Assembly (NCBI GenBank): GCA_001800285.1
Contig: MGVC01000014.1
Span: 1,756 to 65,755 of the forward strand
Direction: 5' to 3'
Source of the DNA: Elusimicrobia bacterium RIFOXYA2_FULL_39_19
Lineage (GTDB): Bacteria; Elusimicrobiota; Endomicrobiia; CG1-02-37-114; XYA2-FULL-39-19
DNA length: 64,000 nucleotides
The position numbers and the translations under genes are program-made. Position 1 is the stretch's first letter. The number at the start of each line of letters is the position of its first letter. Positions 35,950 through 44,835 of this stretch are shown here, one piece after another. The notes beneath the pieces are model-generated. The model ran no database searches. It was not told the origin of the DNA and worked only from the letters and a program-made list of their open reading frames with translations.

Positions 35950-35981
35950 ACTTATCATCTTATCCACTTATAAACTTATCA
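35950..35981. repeat. Octamer tandem array
   Basis: acttatca tcttatcc acttataa acttatca just after the recJ stop codon. Confidence 0.65.
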
Positions 35982-35988
35982 GTTGTTT

Positions 35989-38142
35989 TTATAGAACAGG
36001 CTTCATGTCAAGTATCTGTAATTGTACGTTTTCTTTATTCTGCCAGCGGTTTATTTCAACCTGTACAACCACATCAATAAATTTTGAAAGGTTCAATACC
36101 GTTGATGACATTTCACCCAGGTTCCAGCCGATGGCGTAAATATTATTCCCATTTTCCTGCATTTTTAAACGCAGGTGGTTATACCCTGCCCCTACTTGCG
36201 AATGTTCCTCTACCTTTACATTATTAATAAGAAAAACAGGATAAGGATTTTCTATACCAAACGGTTCTAATTCGTTAAGTTCATTTACAAGTTCAATTTT
36301 TATTTTAGAAAGGTTAAGTTCAGAGTCTATCTCTATTTTTTGTTCCATCATTTCTTTGTTTATTTCATTTTCCGCCATTTCAAGCATGCGTTTTTTAAAC
36401 TCAGGTATTTTATCTGTCATTACCGTAAAACCAACTGCCTGGGAATGACCGCCGAATTTTACCAGCAGGTCAGCGCATTTTTCTATAGCAGAATAAATAT
36501 TAAAACCTTCTATAGACCTGCCTGTGCCTACCGCCTCGGTTCCTTCCGAAATCAGAAGCATGGTAGGCCGGTGATACTGGCGCACTATCTGAGAAGCGAC
36601 TATTCCTGTTACTCCATGTTCCATGCCGGAACCTGTTACAAAAAACAGTTTATCTTTCTCAATACTGCATTGTTTCCTTAAAAGGTCTATGAATATATCA
36701 ATATTTTCAGACTGCAGTTCTTTACGTTCTTCGTTAAGTTTGATTATCTGATCTAAGATTTTTTCCGCTTTCTGGACATCTTCCGCTATTAGAAGTTCTA
36801 CCGCCAGCTCAGCCCTGCCAAGCCTTCCGCAGGCGTTTAAAAGCGGTATAATGTTAAATGAAATTGTTTTTGTATTTAAATCTTCGCTTTTTGAATACTG
36901 TTCTATCAAAAGTTTTAACCCAATACGTTTTGTTTTCTTTAAAGAACCTATACCTTCTTTTACAATTATCCTGTTTTCTGATATCAGGGGCATCATATCA
37001 CTTATGGTGGCTATACAGGCAACATCCATATTGTCCTGCAGGAAATATTTCAATCTGTTGTTTCTTATTCGTTCAAGCCTCTCAAAAACCTTGCAGGTAA
37101 GCAGGGCGTCTTCCAGAGCTTTTTTTGAATGAATCTGTTCCAAACCCAGGTTTCCCGTTACAGAACCCAGGCCGTAGGATTCAAAAGGAAAGTAATCTCT
37201 TGAAAGAACCAGTGTATCAATAACTTCATTTTCAAAATCTTTTCCTAAATACTTTTTTGTAAACTGCCTGATAAAACCGATATTAAACTCTGCGTTATGC
37301 GTAACAACGGTACTTTTTTCTATGAATTCAAGCAGTTTTTTTACGGCATTTTCTGAACTACCTTTTTCTACCTGCAGCTGGAAACTTTCCTGAACAACGA
37401 AGTTTTTAATTTTAAGTGCGCCTATTTCAGTAATGTCGTCAAAAACCGGATGGAGGCCGCTGGTTTCAATATCAAACACCACAATTTCTTTGTCATAATA
37501 TTTGTCATAGGACATCATAAGTCCTTCACAGAATTTCAATGCTACGGAACAACCGGAGAGTTCACAGAAAGGATATTTTGAATCTTTTCTCTTTGGATCC
37601 ACTACGGCTACAGCATCCTGAGGAAGAATTTTAGGAGGTTCGTGATGGTCTGTTACTATAACTTCTGCTCCCAGGGATTTTGCATACGTAATCTCATTTG
37701 AATTTGTTATACCGCAGTCAACAGTAATTATCAGTTTTACGCCCTGCTGGATATATTTATCAATTACGTTTTTGTGCATCCCGTAACCTTCATTAGAAGG
37801 AATATACCACAAAGGCTCATCACCAAGCATTTTCAGCGTGGAATAGACAACTGTCACGGAAGAAACGCCGTCTAAATCTCTGTCACCGTAAATAAGAATC
37901 TTTTCTTTTTTTTCAACAGCCTGGCGTACTCTGGCTACAGCTTTGCTCATGTCTGTCATGAGAAACGGGTTTGCCAGGTCATAAAACGAAACATTCATAA
38001 ACATATTTGCTTCTTTTATGCTTTTTATGCCTCTGTTTACCAGAACTGTTGCTAATGTTACGGAAACATTAAGGCCTTGGGAAATATCATCCACAATCCG
38101 GGAATTATGCTGTTTTAAAATCCATTTTTTAGGAATATTCAT
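35989..38142 (-). CDS. recJ: ssDNA exonuclease RecJ with inserted degenerate DnaQ-like (DEDDh) domain
   Basis: 'YGDRDLDG', 'ITVDCG', 'TDHH', 'FGGHSQAVG', 'LEPFG.ENP'; insert 'VVFDIETSGL…HNAEFN…ALEDA'. Confidence 0.9.
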   Translation of the reverse strand: MNIPKKWILKQHNSRIVDDISQGLNVSVTLATVLVNRGIKSIKEANMFMNVSFYDLANPFLMTDMSKAVARVRQAVEKKEKILIYGDRDLDGVSSVTVVYSTLKMLGDEPLWYIPSNEGYGMHKNVIDKYIQQGVKLIITVDCGITNSNEITYAKSLGAEVIVTDHHEPPKILPQDAVAVVDPKRKDSKYPFCELSGCSVALKFCEGLMMSYDKYYDKEIVVFDIETSGLHPVFDDITEIGALKIKNFVVQESFQLQVEKGSSENAVKKLLEFIEKSTVVTHNAEFNIGFIRQFTKKYLGKDFENEVIDTLVLSRDYFPFESYGLGSVTGNLGLEQIHSKKALEDALLTCKVFERLERIRNNRLKYFLQDNMDVACIATISDMMPLISENRIIVKEGIGSLKKTKRIGLKLLIEQYSKSEDLNTKTISFNIIPLLNACGRLGRAELAVELLIAEDVQKAEKILDQIIKLNEERKELQSENIDIFIDLLRKQCSIEKDKLFFVTGSGMEHGVTGIVASQIVRQYHRPTMLLISEGTEAVGTGRSIEGFNIYSAIEKCADLLVKFGGHSQAVGFTVMTDKIPEFKKRMLEMAENEINKEMMEQKIEIDSELNLSKIKIELVNELNELEPFGIENPYPVFLINNVKVEEHSQVGAGYNHLRLKMQENGNNIYAIGWNLGEMSSTVLNLSKFIDVVVQVEINRWQNKENVQLQILDMKPVL

Positions 38143-38180
38143 TTTTATAAGTTAAAAGATGTTTTTTGAATTACTTCCGG

Positions 38181-39875
38181 TTACATTATCAAATCTTTAT
38201 GTTTTGTAAGGGTAATATCTAAGGCCAGGTTTAAATATCTGTAATCTTTATTGAGCTCATCCCAGGACAAATATTGAAGCGATATTTTTGCGTTTTCCAT
38301 TATTGCAGTGATATTTGACATAAAATCTTCCGAATGAACATTTGCTTCCGGCGGAGGTCCGATTACCACCGTAATGCTTACTTTATTTGTTTTGCATAGT
38401 TCAGAAAACATATTGTAATTCATTTTTGAATTACCAATATAACTTCTGTCAAATACGCTTTCCAGCCTGAATTTAAGATTATGTTTTTTAATAACGTCCC
38501 TGAATTTTTCTTTAGCTTTAATAAGTTCCTGTTCTTTGCCTTCCGGAAAGAAAAAAACAATATCAATGGCCCTTAGGTTTTTGTCTACTCCGTCTATTTC
38601 AACCGGTTTTTGAACCGCTGTAATAGGAACTTGCGCGGCTTGCGGGGGCTTTACAGGTGCCAGCGTTGGGGCAGGTTGTGGTTTTACAATTGGCTGAACC
38701 GGTACTGAATAAACCTGGGCAGGCGGTTGAGGTGTAATTTGCTGCACTTCCGGCGACGGAGCTTCATCTTCCGGATCGTTCGGCAATAAATCTTTCATCA
38801 ATGATTTTACCATTTCCATATCAACAGTCTGATTTGTTATAGAAGCATAAGCATTGATTCTTTTTAAAAATCCTTCTAATTCCCTTATGTTTGATTTTAA
38901 TTTTGAAGCAACATATAAAAGCATATTATCATCAAGATTTACCTGTTCCGTCTCACCTTTTCTTTTCAAAATAGCTACACGGGTTTCAAGTGACGGTGAC
39001 TTTATGTCCGCTATTAAACCCCATTCAAACCTTGATTTTAGCCTGTCCTCAAGGGTAGTCAGCTGCTTAGGTGGCCTATCACTTGTGAGCACAATTTGCT
39101 TCCCGCTCTGGTGTAAAATATTAAATGTATGAAAAAACTCTTCCTGTGTTGATTCCGATTCGGCAAGAAACTGGATATCATCTACTAAAAGCAGGTCCAT
39201 CTGGCGGTACCTGTCTCTGAATTGTGCAAGAGTACCGCGCCCGATTGAATCTATAACTTCGCTTATGAATTTTTCCGATGTTACATAGAATACTTTCAGG
39301 TCCGGGTATTTTTTGCAAGCAAAATGTCCTATAGCCTGCATAAGGTGTGTTTTGCCCAGGCCTACTCCGCCGTAAATAAAAAGCGGATTGTAAACTTTCC
39401 CAGGATTTTCTGCTACAGCCATGCCGGCGGCATGGGTAAAACGGTTGCTTGAACCGACTACAAATTCTTCAAATGTGTATTTTGCGTTCATTGACAATTT
39501 AAAGAAATCATCATTTCCTGAAACAGCTTTTTGGCGGGCAGGAGTTGTTGTTTCCGGCTGAGGAACCTGAGCCGGCGGTTCCGGAATCGGATTGGGTGCA
39601 GCAGGAAGGGGCACATCCGGGATAACTGCTTTTTGAGGCTGGGTTGATTTGTCTGTTAAAATATTTCTTAAATCATCAAGCTTCTGGTCATTTAAATCAT
39701 AAATATAAATACCGAAATTATATTCATCACTGAAAGAAGCAAAGGGACGGCCGCTGTCGACTTTTAATGCCTGAAGCAGATCATTTAGTTCTTCTTCAAC
39801 AATTCTGATTTTCAGGCGGTACCTATTTTTATCTTTATCGCTGGGTGAATGTGCAAGTTCAAATTTTTCAAGCAT
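38181..39875 (-). CDS. DnaA-family AAA+ protein lacking domain IV
   Basis: Near-canonical domain III (YNPLFIYGGVGLGKTHL, LLVDDIQF, QEEFFHTFN, RLKSRFEWGL, SNIRELEG), flanked by Pro-rich linkers and non-DnaA terminal domains. Confidence 0.88.
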   Translation of the reverse strand: MLEKFELAHSPSDKDKNRYRLKIRIVEEELNDLLQALKVDSGRPFASFSDEYNFGIYIYDLNDQKLDDLRNILTDKSTQPQKAVIPDVPLPAAPNPIPEPPAQVPQPETTTPARQKAVSGNDDFFKLSMNAKYTFEEFVVGSSNRFTHAAGMAVAENPGKVYNPLFIYGGVGLGKTHLMQAIGHFACKKYPDLKVFYVTSEKFISEVIDSIGRGTLAQFRDRYRQMDLLLVDDIQFLAESESTQEEFFHTFNILHQSGKQIVLTSDRPPKQLTTLEDRLKSRFEWGLIADIKSPSLETRVAILKRKGETEQVNLDDNMLLYVASKLKSNIRELEGFLKRINAYASITNQTVDMEMVKSLMKDLLPNDPEDEAPSPEVQQITPQPPAQVYSVPVQPIVKPQPAPTLAPVKPPQAAQVPITAVQKPVEIDGVDKNLRAIDIVFFFPEGKEQELIKAKEKFRDVIKKHNLKFRLESVFDRSYIGNSKMNYNMFSELCKTNKVSITVVIGPPPEANVHSEDFMSNITAIMENAKISLQYLSWDELNKDYRYLNLALDITLTKHKDLIM

Positions 39876-39880
39876 TTATG

Positions 39881-40858
39881 TTAGCCTTTATGAAGCATCA
39901 GTTCTATTACCAAATCCACATACGTTAATTTTCTATTTATCTGGGTGACGGGTATTGCATAGAAAAATATACCGGTCCCCTGGATTCTGTTTTTAATTTC
40001 CGAAGGGTCATAACCGTCAGGATGAATAACAAAAATATCTTTTACCTGTTTCTCCCGGCACAAGTCTATCATCTGTTTCCAGTCTATAGTTAAAATATCA
40101 ATACCGCATTCAAGAGCACATTCCGGAACTCCGGGCTTCTTGCTGGTTTTCTTAAATACATCTACAAGATTTTTTGCAAAGGTGTCTTTTAAATCGTTTT
40201 GGCCTGCCGGATAAAAACATGCAAAACTTAATGCTTCTTCTTTTGTTTTAGTTTCGACCGGCGGTTGGACCTGAGGAACTGCCGGTACTACGGGCACAGT
40301 GACGGGCGCCGCAGGTTTAGCAACAACGGGTACTTCAGGAACCTGCGTAACATTTACAGAAGGTGTTTGTTCAATGAATAATGGTTTAAACGGTGATGGT
40401 GGGCCTGCCAGTGGTACGGCAGGATGCTGTTTTATTGATTGCTGAAAAGGAGATGGCGCAGGTTGTTGTACGGGTTTTGGCGGGACTGCCTGCTGAGGCG
40501 GCACCGGAGTAACTGGATACTGAGGTACCTGTGGTTTTACCGGTACCTGAGCTGCCGGAGGCTGAAATCTCGGCATTTCGGGCTGAACTTTGACAGCCGG
40601 AGGCTGTTGAGGGACTGATGGTTTAAGTTGGGGTTCAGCAGCAGGTTTAGCCGGCACGTACTGCTGTTGTGCCGCTTTTGGATAAAATTTATCTACGGCT
40701 TCTTTTGCCTGCGAGGAAAATATATCGCTTCCCACCTCGCCAAGTTTTTTTTCTATCTTATTTACTACCTGCTGTTTTTCTTCCTTGGTCAGGTCTGTTA
40801 AAACTTTTTTCAGTTCACCTAGAATGTCCTGAAGGTCCTGCTTGTCTTCACCCGGCAT
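39881..40858 (-). CDS. Pro/Gln-rich protein with N-terminal helical segment and C-terminal alpha/beta domain
   Basis: Long PQ/PV-rich linker; the C-terminal domain resembles that of the adjacent DnaA-like protein. Confidence 0.75.
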   Translation of the reverse strand: MPGEDKQDLQDILGELKKVLTDLTKEEKQQVVNKIEKKLGEVGSDIFSSQAKEAVDKFYPKAAQQQYVPAKPAAEPQLKPSVPQQPPAVKVQPEMPRFQPPAAQVPVKPQVPQYPVTPVPPQQAVPPKPVQQPAPSPFQQSIKQHPAVPLAGPPSPFKPLFIEQTPSVNVTQVPEVPVVAKPAAPVTVPVVPAVPQVQPPVETKTKEEALSFACFYPAGQNDLKDTFAKNLVDVFKKTSKKPGVPECALECGIDILTIDWKQMIDLCREKQVKDIFVIHPDGYDPSEIKNRIQGTGIFFYAIPVTQINRKLTYVDLVIELMLHKG

Positions 40859-40876
40859 AATATTTCCCCAAAATAC

Positions 40877-41971
40877 TTACATCATTTCCTGGAACATACC
40901 CTTAAGCTTAAGCTGCAAATCTTCCGGATTTGTAGCTTTATCCAGAGCTTCTTCCAGTCTAATTTTCTTTTCTGTATATAGCTTATTTAAATACTGATCA
41001 AAGGTGTGCATTCCATAATACTCGCCCTGCTCCATTGCTTTATATAATTCCTGTGTTTTATTTTCCAAAATAAGTTTCCTTACTAATGATGTACCTACCA
41101 GTACTTCTGTAGCAGGTATTCTTCCTTTGCCGTCAATAGTTGTACATAACCTCTGGGCAACTACACCTCTGAGTACATTTGAAAGTTGAATTCTTGCCTG
41201 GCGCTGTTGATGCTCCGGATAAGTATCTAAAATCCTGTCTATGGTCTGTACAGCATCAATGGTATGAATAGTCGAAAGCACAAGATGGCCGGTTTCTGCA
41301 GCTGTAATACCTGCAGAGATTGCTTCGTATTCTCTCATTTCGCCCATTACTACTATGTCCGGGTCCTGCCTTAATACATATTTCAAGGCGTTTTTAAATG
41401 ATTTTGTGTCTATTCCTATTTCTCTCTGGGAAATGGATGATTTTTTGTCTTTGTGATAAAACTCAATGGGGTCTTCAACGGTAATTATATTATAGCTGAA
41501 ATTTGCATTTATATGATCCAGTATTGAATTCATTGTCGTGGTTTTTCCCGCACCTGTTACACCGGTAACAAGTATCAAGCCCCTGGGCTGGGCTGCTAAT
41601 TTTTTCAGTGTTTCTCCCGGCAGGTTTAATTCATCAAATGTTTTTATTTTAACCGGCACCACCCTTAATGTAAGTGCCATGGTGTTTCTCTGCCTGTAGA
41701 TATTTATTCTGAAACGGGATACGTTTTCAACAGCGTAAGACACGTCAAGTTCATTTTCCATATTGAACTTTTCTTTTTGCTCTTTCGTCAGCATGGTATC
41801 CGCAAGCTCTTCAATCTGTTTTGAAGTAAAATTTTCAAAATCCGATGACATAAGCTTGCCGTATATTCTTATAAGCGGGGGTGCATCTGCTTTAAAATGG
41901 ATGTCGGAAATACCTGCTTTCACCATTAGCTTTAATAATTCATTAATGTTCATTGCCATAATTGCCCCCAA
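40877..41971 (-). CDS. pilT: PilT/PilU-family type IV pilus ATPase
   Basis: 'SDIHF', 'GLILVTGVTGAGKTTT', 'TVEDPIE', 'LRQDPD..VMGEMR', 'AETGHLVLSTIHT', 'YGMHTFDQ'. Confidence 0.88.
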   Translation of the reverse strand: MGAIMAMNINELLKLMVKAGISDIHFKADAPPLIRIYGKLMSSDFENFTSKQIEELADTMLTKEQKEKFNMENELDVSYAVENVSRFRINIYRQRNTMALTLRVVPVKIKTFDELNLPGETLKKLAAQPRGLILVTGVTGAGKTTTMNSILDHINANFSYNIITVEDPIEFYHKDKKSSISQREIGIDTKSFKNALKYVLRQDPDIVVMGEMREYEAISAGITAAETGHLVLSTIHTIDAVQTIDRILDTYPEHQQRQARIQLSNVLRGVVAQRLCTTIDGKGRIPATEVLVGTSLVRKLILENKTQELYKAMEQGEYYGMHTFDQYLNKLYTEKKIRLEEALDKATNPEDLQLKLKGMFQEMM

Positions 41972-43384
41972 TTACCACCAATATTTTACTGTATACGTTA
42001 TATTTGATTCACCATTTTTCGGAATGATTGTTTTAAATTCTATTGTTTTCGAATCCGCCTTTTCAAAATCTGCAGATTTCTGTGTTATTTTCCAGTTTGA
42101 CCATCTGTATAAATGCTCTACAACATTTACGGCAACCTGTTCATCTTTATGATTTCTAATTGTTATTTTAAATGTTTCTTCACACCAGTCATTTCCGGTT
42201 TTAAAATCTGTCTGTGTTTTTTCTGCAGTTATATCAAAAGCATTACCTAAAAATATTCTTATTTTTTCATCTTTTGGGGTATGGTCTATCTCATCTTCTC
42301 CAACAAATTCCAAGCCGCCATCTGTATCCTGTTTATAAACTTTTATTTTACCTTTTGGCAAAGCCATGCCTATGTTATTATCCTTTGAATTCTTAAATTC
42401 CAGCATAACAGATACTTTTTTACTGCTTTCTCCATAAATATCCCTATTGGTCCTGTACCATTGCTGATAGCCATAAAACGGAATTCGCGAACCGTCGTAG
42501 GTAAAAATCTTGTTAACTGCTACTTCATTGCCTTTAACAAATTCAATCTGTTTTGTTTCTTTATCTTTAATAGTTGTTCTGCGCGAAAGCGTGTACATAT
42601 GGTATTCAAAAAAAGATTTTTCCTGAAATTGTGCAGCAGGAGCCTTCATAGCAAACCTTTTTGACTCCATAAGCCCGTCAGCTGCACCGTAATTTGAGGG
42701 AGAGATTCTGTTTACATCCCCAGCAATAAGTTTTAACTTTGCATCGTTATATACCGCTCCGGACCTATTGTTTATAGTAACCCAGCCGGTTAAATCTATT
42801 TTTTTATCTTCTTTATCAGTAACTACCACATAATCTGCATTCCAGTTTATGCCGTTTGTTAAATAATCTATTTCAATGTTATGTTTCCCGGGTTTTTCAT
42901 TTTCCAGAAGCCAGGAAAGAGTGGGCTTTATAATAAGGCCTTCCGGTAACTTTGAAAGTATTGCTTCTCCTTCAGGATTAAGCAGGATTTTATCATCAAC
43001 CTTTAGTATAAGTCCGCCTGAAATGCTTAGCAAAGTGCCTTTTATGATTTCTCTTTTATCATTTATGTGTTTTTCAAATTCTATTTCTCTGCCTAAATAT
43101 TTTTCAAGCAATTTTTCCCTGCTGATAAGGTCGTATTCAAAATTCTGTTCAAGCACCCTGCAACCATCCGGGGCCGTTAAAGATTTGAAACGCACACTTT
43201 CCGGCTCTATCAGGACAGGCACATCAGAAAAATCAAGTTTTTTTATTCCTTTTTCAATTTCAAGTGAACGTTTTTCTTTTACGAGTGCAAAGTTTTGGTT
43301 ATATACCGTAAGCTCTATTTCCTGTGAGAACAAATAACCTGTAACTGAAAAAAATACCAAAATTATGGATATTATTCTTATCAT
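41972..43384 (-). CDS. Exported DUF4139-domain protein
   Basis: 'LTVYNQNFALVKE.R', 'LEQNFEYDL', 'YLTNGINWNADY', 'FEYHMYTL', 'FVGED.IDHTPKDE'. Confidence 0.8.
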   Translation of the reverse strand: MIRIISIILVFFSVTGYLFSQEIELTVYNQNFALVKEKRSLEIEKGIKKLDFSDVPVLIEPESVRFKSLTAPDGCRVLEQNFEYDLISREKLLEKYLGREIEFEKHINDKREIIKGTLLSISGGLILKVDDKILLNPEGEAILSKLPEGLIIKPTLSWLLENEKPGKHNIEIDYLTNGINWNADYVVVTDKEDKKIDLTGWVTINNRSGAVYNDAKLKLIAGDVNRISPSNYGAADGLMESKRFAMKAPAAQFQEKSFFEYHMYTLSRRTTIKDKETKQIEFVKGNEVAVNKIFTYDGSRIPFYGYQQWYRTNRDIYGESSKKVSVMLEFKNSKDNNIGMALPKGKIKVYKQDTDGGLEFVGEDEIDHTPKDEKIRIFLGNAFDITAEKTQTDFKTGNDWCEETFKITIRNHKDEQVAVNVVEHLYRWSNWKITQKSADFEKADSKTIEFKTIIPKNGESNITYTVKYWW

Positions 43385-43947
43385 CTTAATCCTGTAAATG
43401 ATTTTACCATATAATAAACATTGCTTTCTATGGCTGTTTGTATATCAAAACCTTCGTATGTGTATGAATTTGTCCAGACAACTTCTCTTGTTTTAGGGTC
43501 AACAATCCTTACATTTAACCCCACCATGGCATTTGTGACAACTATTTCCGCATTTTCACCCATACCATATGCCTTGCCTACAGAATAACCATTGACACCG
43601 GTTACTTCCGTAGGAGATACTACTATAGTTTTATCTGCTGATTTTGGTTTGTAAAATAAATACTTTTTCTCCGGAATATACTGATTTACAGAACCCTCAA
43701 CAACAACATCTCCTTCGGTATCAGACCATTTCACGTTATAACCTGCGCTCAACAACTGGCGTGCAAACTCATTCCTTACAGTTTCGCCTGATGCATTGCT
43801 TGAATCCGAAGGTGAAAACTTTCCTATGCCTATGGTAGATATTTTGCCAAAATCATATCCCGGCTTAACAACAGCACGCTTCGTGCTCACGCAGGAAGTT
43901 AATAATAATAATACAACAAGAAATAGCGCGATTTGCCTGTTTTTCAT
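43381..43947 (-). CDS. Lipoprotein, CsgG/LpoB-like fold
   Basis: Lipobox LTSC; 'VVVEGSVNQY…VGLNVRIVDPKTREVVW'. Confidence 0.7.
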   Translation of the reverse strand: MKNRQIALFLVVLLLLTSCVSTKRAVVKPGYDFGKISTIGIGKFSPSDSSNASGETVRNEFARQLLSAGYNVKWSDTEGDVVVEGSVNQYIPEKKYLFYKPKSADKTIVVSPTEVTGVNGYSVGKAYGMGENAEIVVTNAMVGLNVRIVDPKTREVVWTNSYTYEGFDIQTAIESNVYYMVKSFTGLR

Positions 43948-43951
43948 ATTT

Positions 43952-44362
43952 TTATTTTTTAAGCTGGCGAATATGTTTCTGAGCCAGAGTTTTTAATTTA
44001 TTATTGTTCGACAGGGAGATTACTTTTTCCCACTGATCAATTGCATCTTCCGGACGTTTCTGTTTTTCATAAAGCATAGCCAGGCTATATCTGACCATAA
44101 GGGAATCGGCATTTTCTTTAAGCGCTTCATTTAACACAGTCTCTGCTTCGGCATACTTTGAAGTTTGCAGGTAAATAACCGCCTGCAGTATTTTTTTATC
44201 CGTTGTATCGGGCAGTGCATTAAGAAGGGACATTGCCTCTTCGTATTTTTCTTCGTTTATTAGAATACTTACCTTTTCATATTGTTCCTGTGCACAGATT
44301 TGCAAGACAGGAAAAAAAATTGTTGTCATAGCGAAAATAGAAAAAATTAATATCTTTTTCAT
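43952..44362 (-). CDS. Exported TPR protein
   Basis: Signal peptide and TPR motifs (YSLAMLYE…AIDQWEKV). Confidence 0.75.
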   Translation of the reverse strand: MKKILIFSIFAMTTIFFPVLQICAQEQYEKVSILINEEKYEEAMSLLNALPDTTDKKILQAVIYLQTSKYAEAETVLNEALKENADSLMVRYSLAMLYEKQKRPEDAIDQWEKVISLSNNNKLKTLAQKHIRQLKK

Positions 44363-44817
44363 TTACACCTCATTTTATTCTTTTCATCAAGATTGTTCAT
44401 CTTATCAACTCTTTTGGTATGCCTGCCGCCCTCAAAAGGAGTGGACAGCCAGATTTTTATCCAGTTGTTGATTTGGTTGGTAGAAAAGAATCTTGTACCT
44501 ACGCATAAAACATTTGCGTTATTATGTTTTGAAGCCAGGGATGCTGTTTCATCGTTATAACACAATGCCGCTCTGATTCCCTGGATTTTGTTTGCAGTAA
44601 TACTCATACCTATTCCTGAACCGCAGGCCAATATACCCTTATCACAATTACCCTGAGCTACCTGTTTAGCCACCTCTTCTGCATAATCCGGATAATCACA
44701 GCTTTCAGTGCTGAAACATCCGCAATCTATAACTTTATGGCCTTCTGATTTCAGGAATTCAAGTATTTTCTCTTTTTCAGAAAAAGCTGCGTGGTCACAG
44801 CCAAACGCTACTATCAT
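44359..44817 (-). CDS. rpiB: Ribose-5-phosphate isomerase B
   Basis: 'GCDHA', 'DYPDYA', 'CGSGIGMSITANK', 'HNNANVL', 'FEGGRH'. Confidence 0.93.
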   Translation of the reverse strand: MIVAFGCDHAAFSEKEKILEFLKSEGHKVIDCGCFSTESCDYPDYAEEVAKQVAQGNCDKGILACGSGIGMSITANKIQGIRAALCYNDETASLASKHNNANVLCVGTRFFSTNQINNWIKIWLSTPFEGGRHTKRVDKMNNLDEKNKMRCK

Positions 44818-44835
44818 ACAAACTCCATAAATATG

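Noticed and set aside
38181-39875. Chromosomal initiator dnaA / oriC
   Set aside because: Domain IV is missing, dnaN is absent, and the flanking gaps are too short to hold a DnaA-box cluster.
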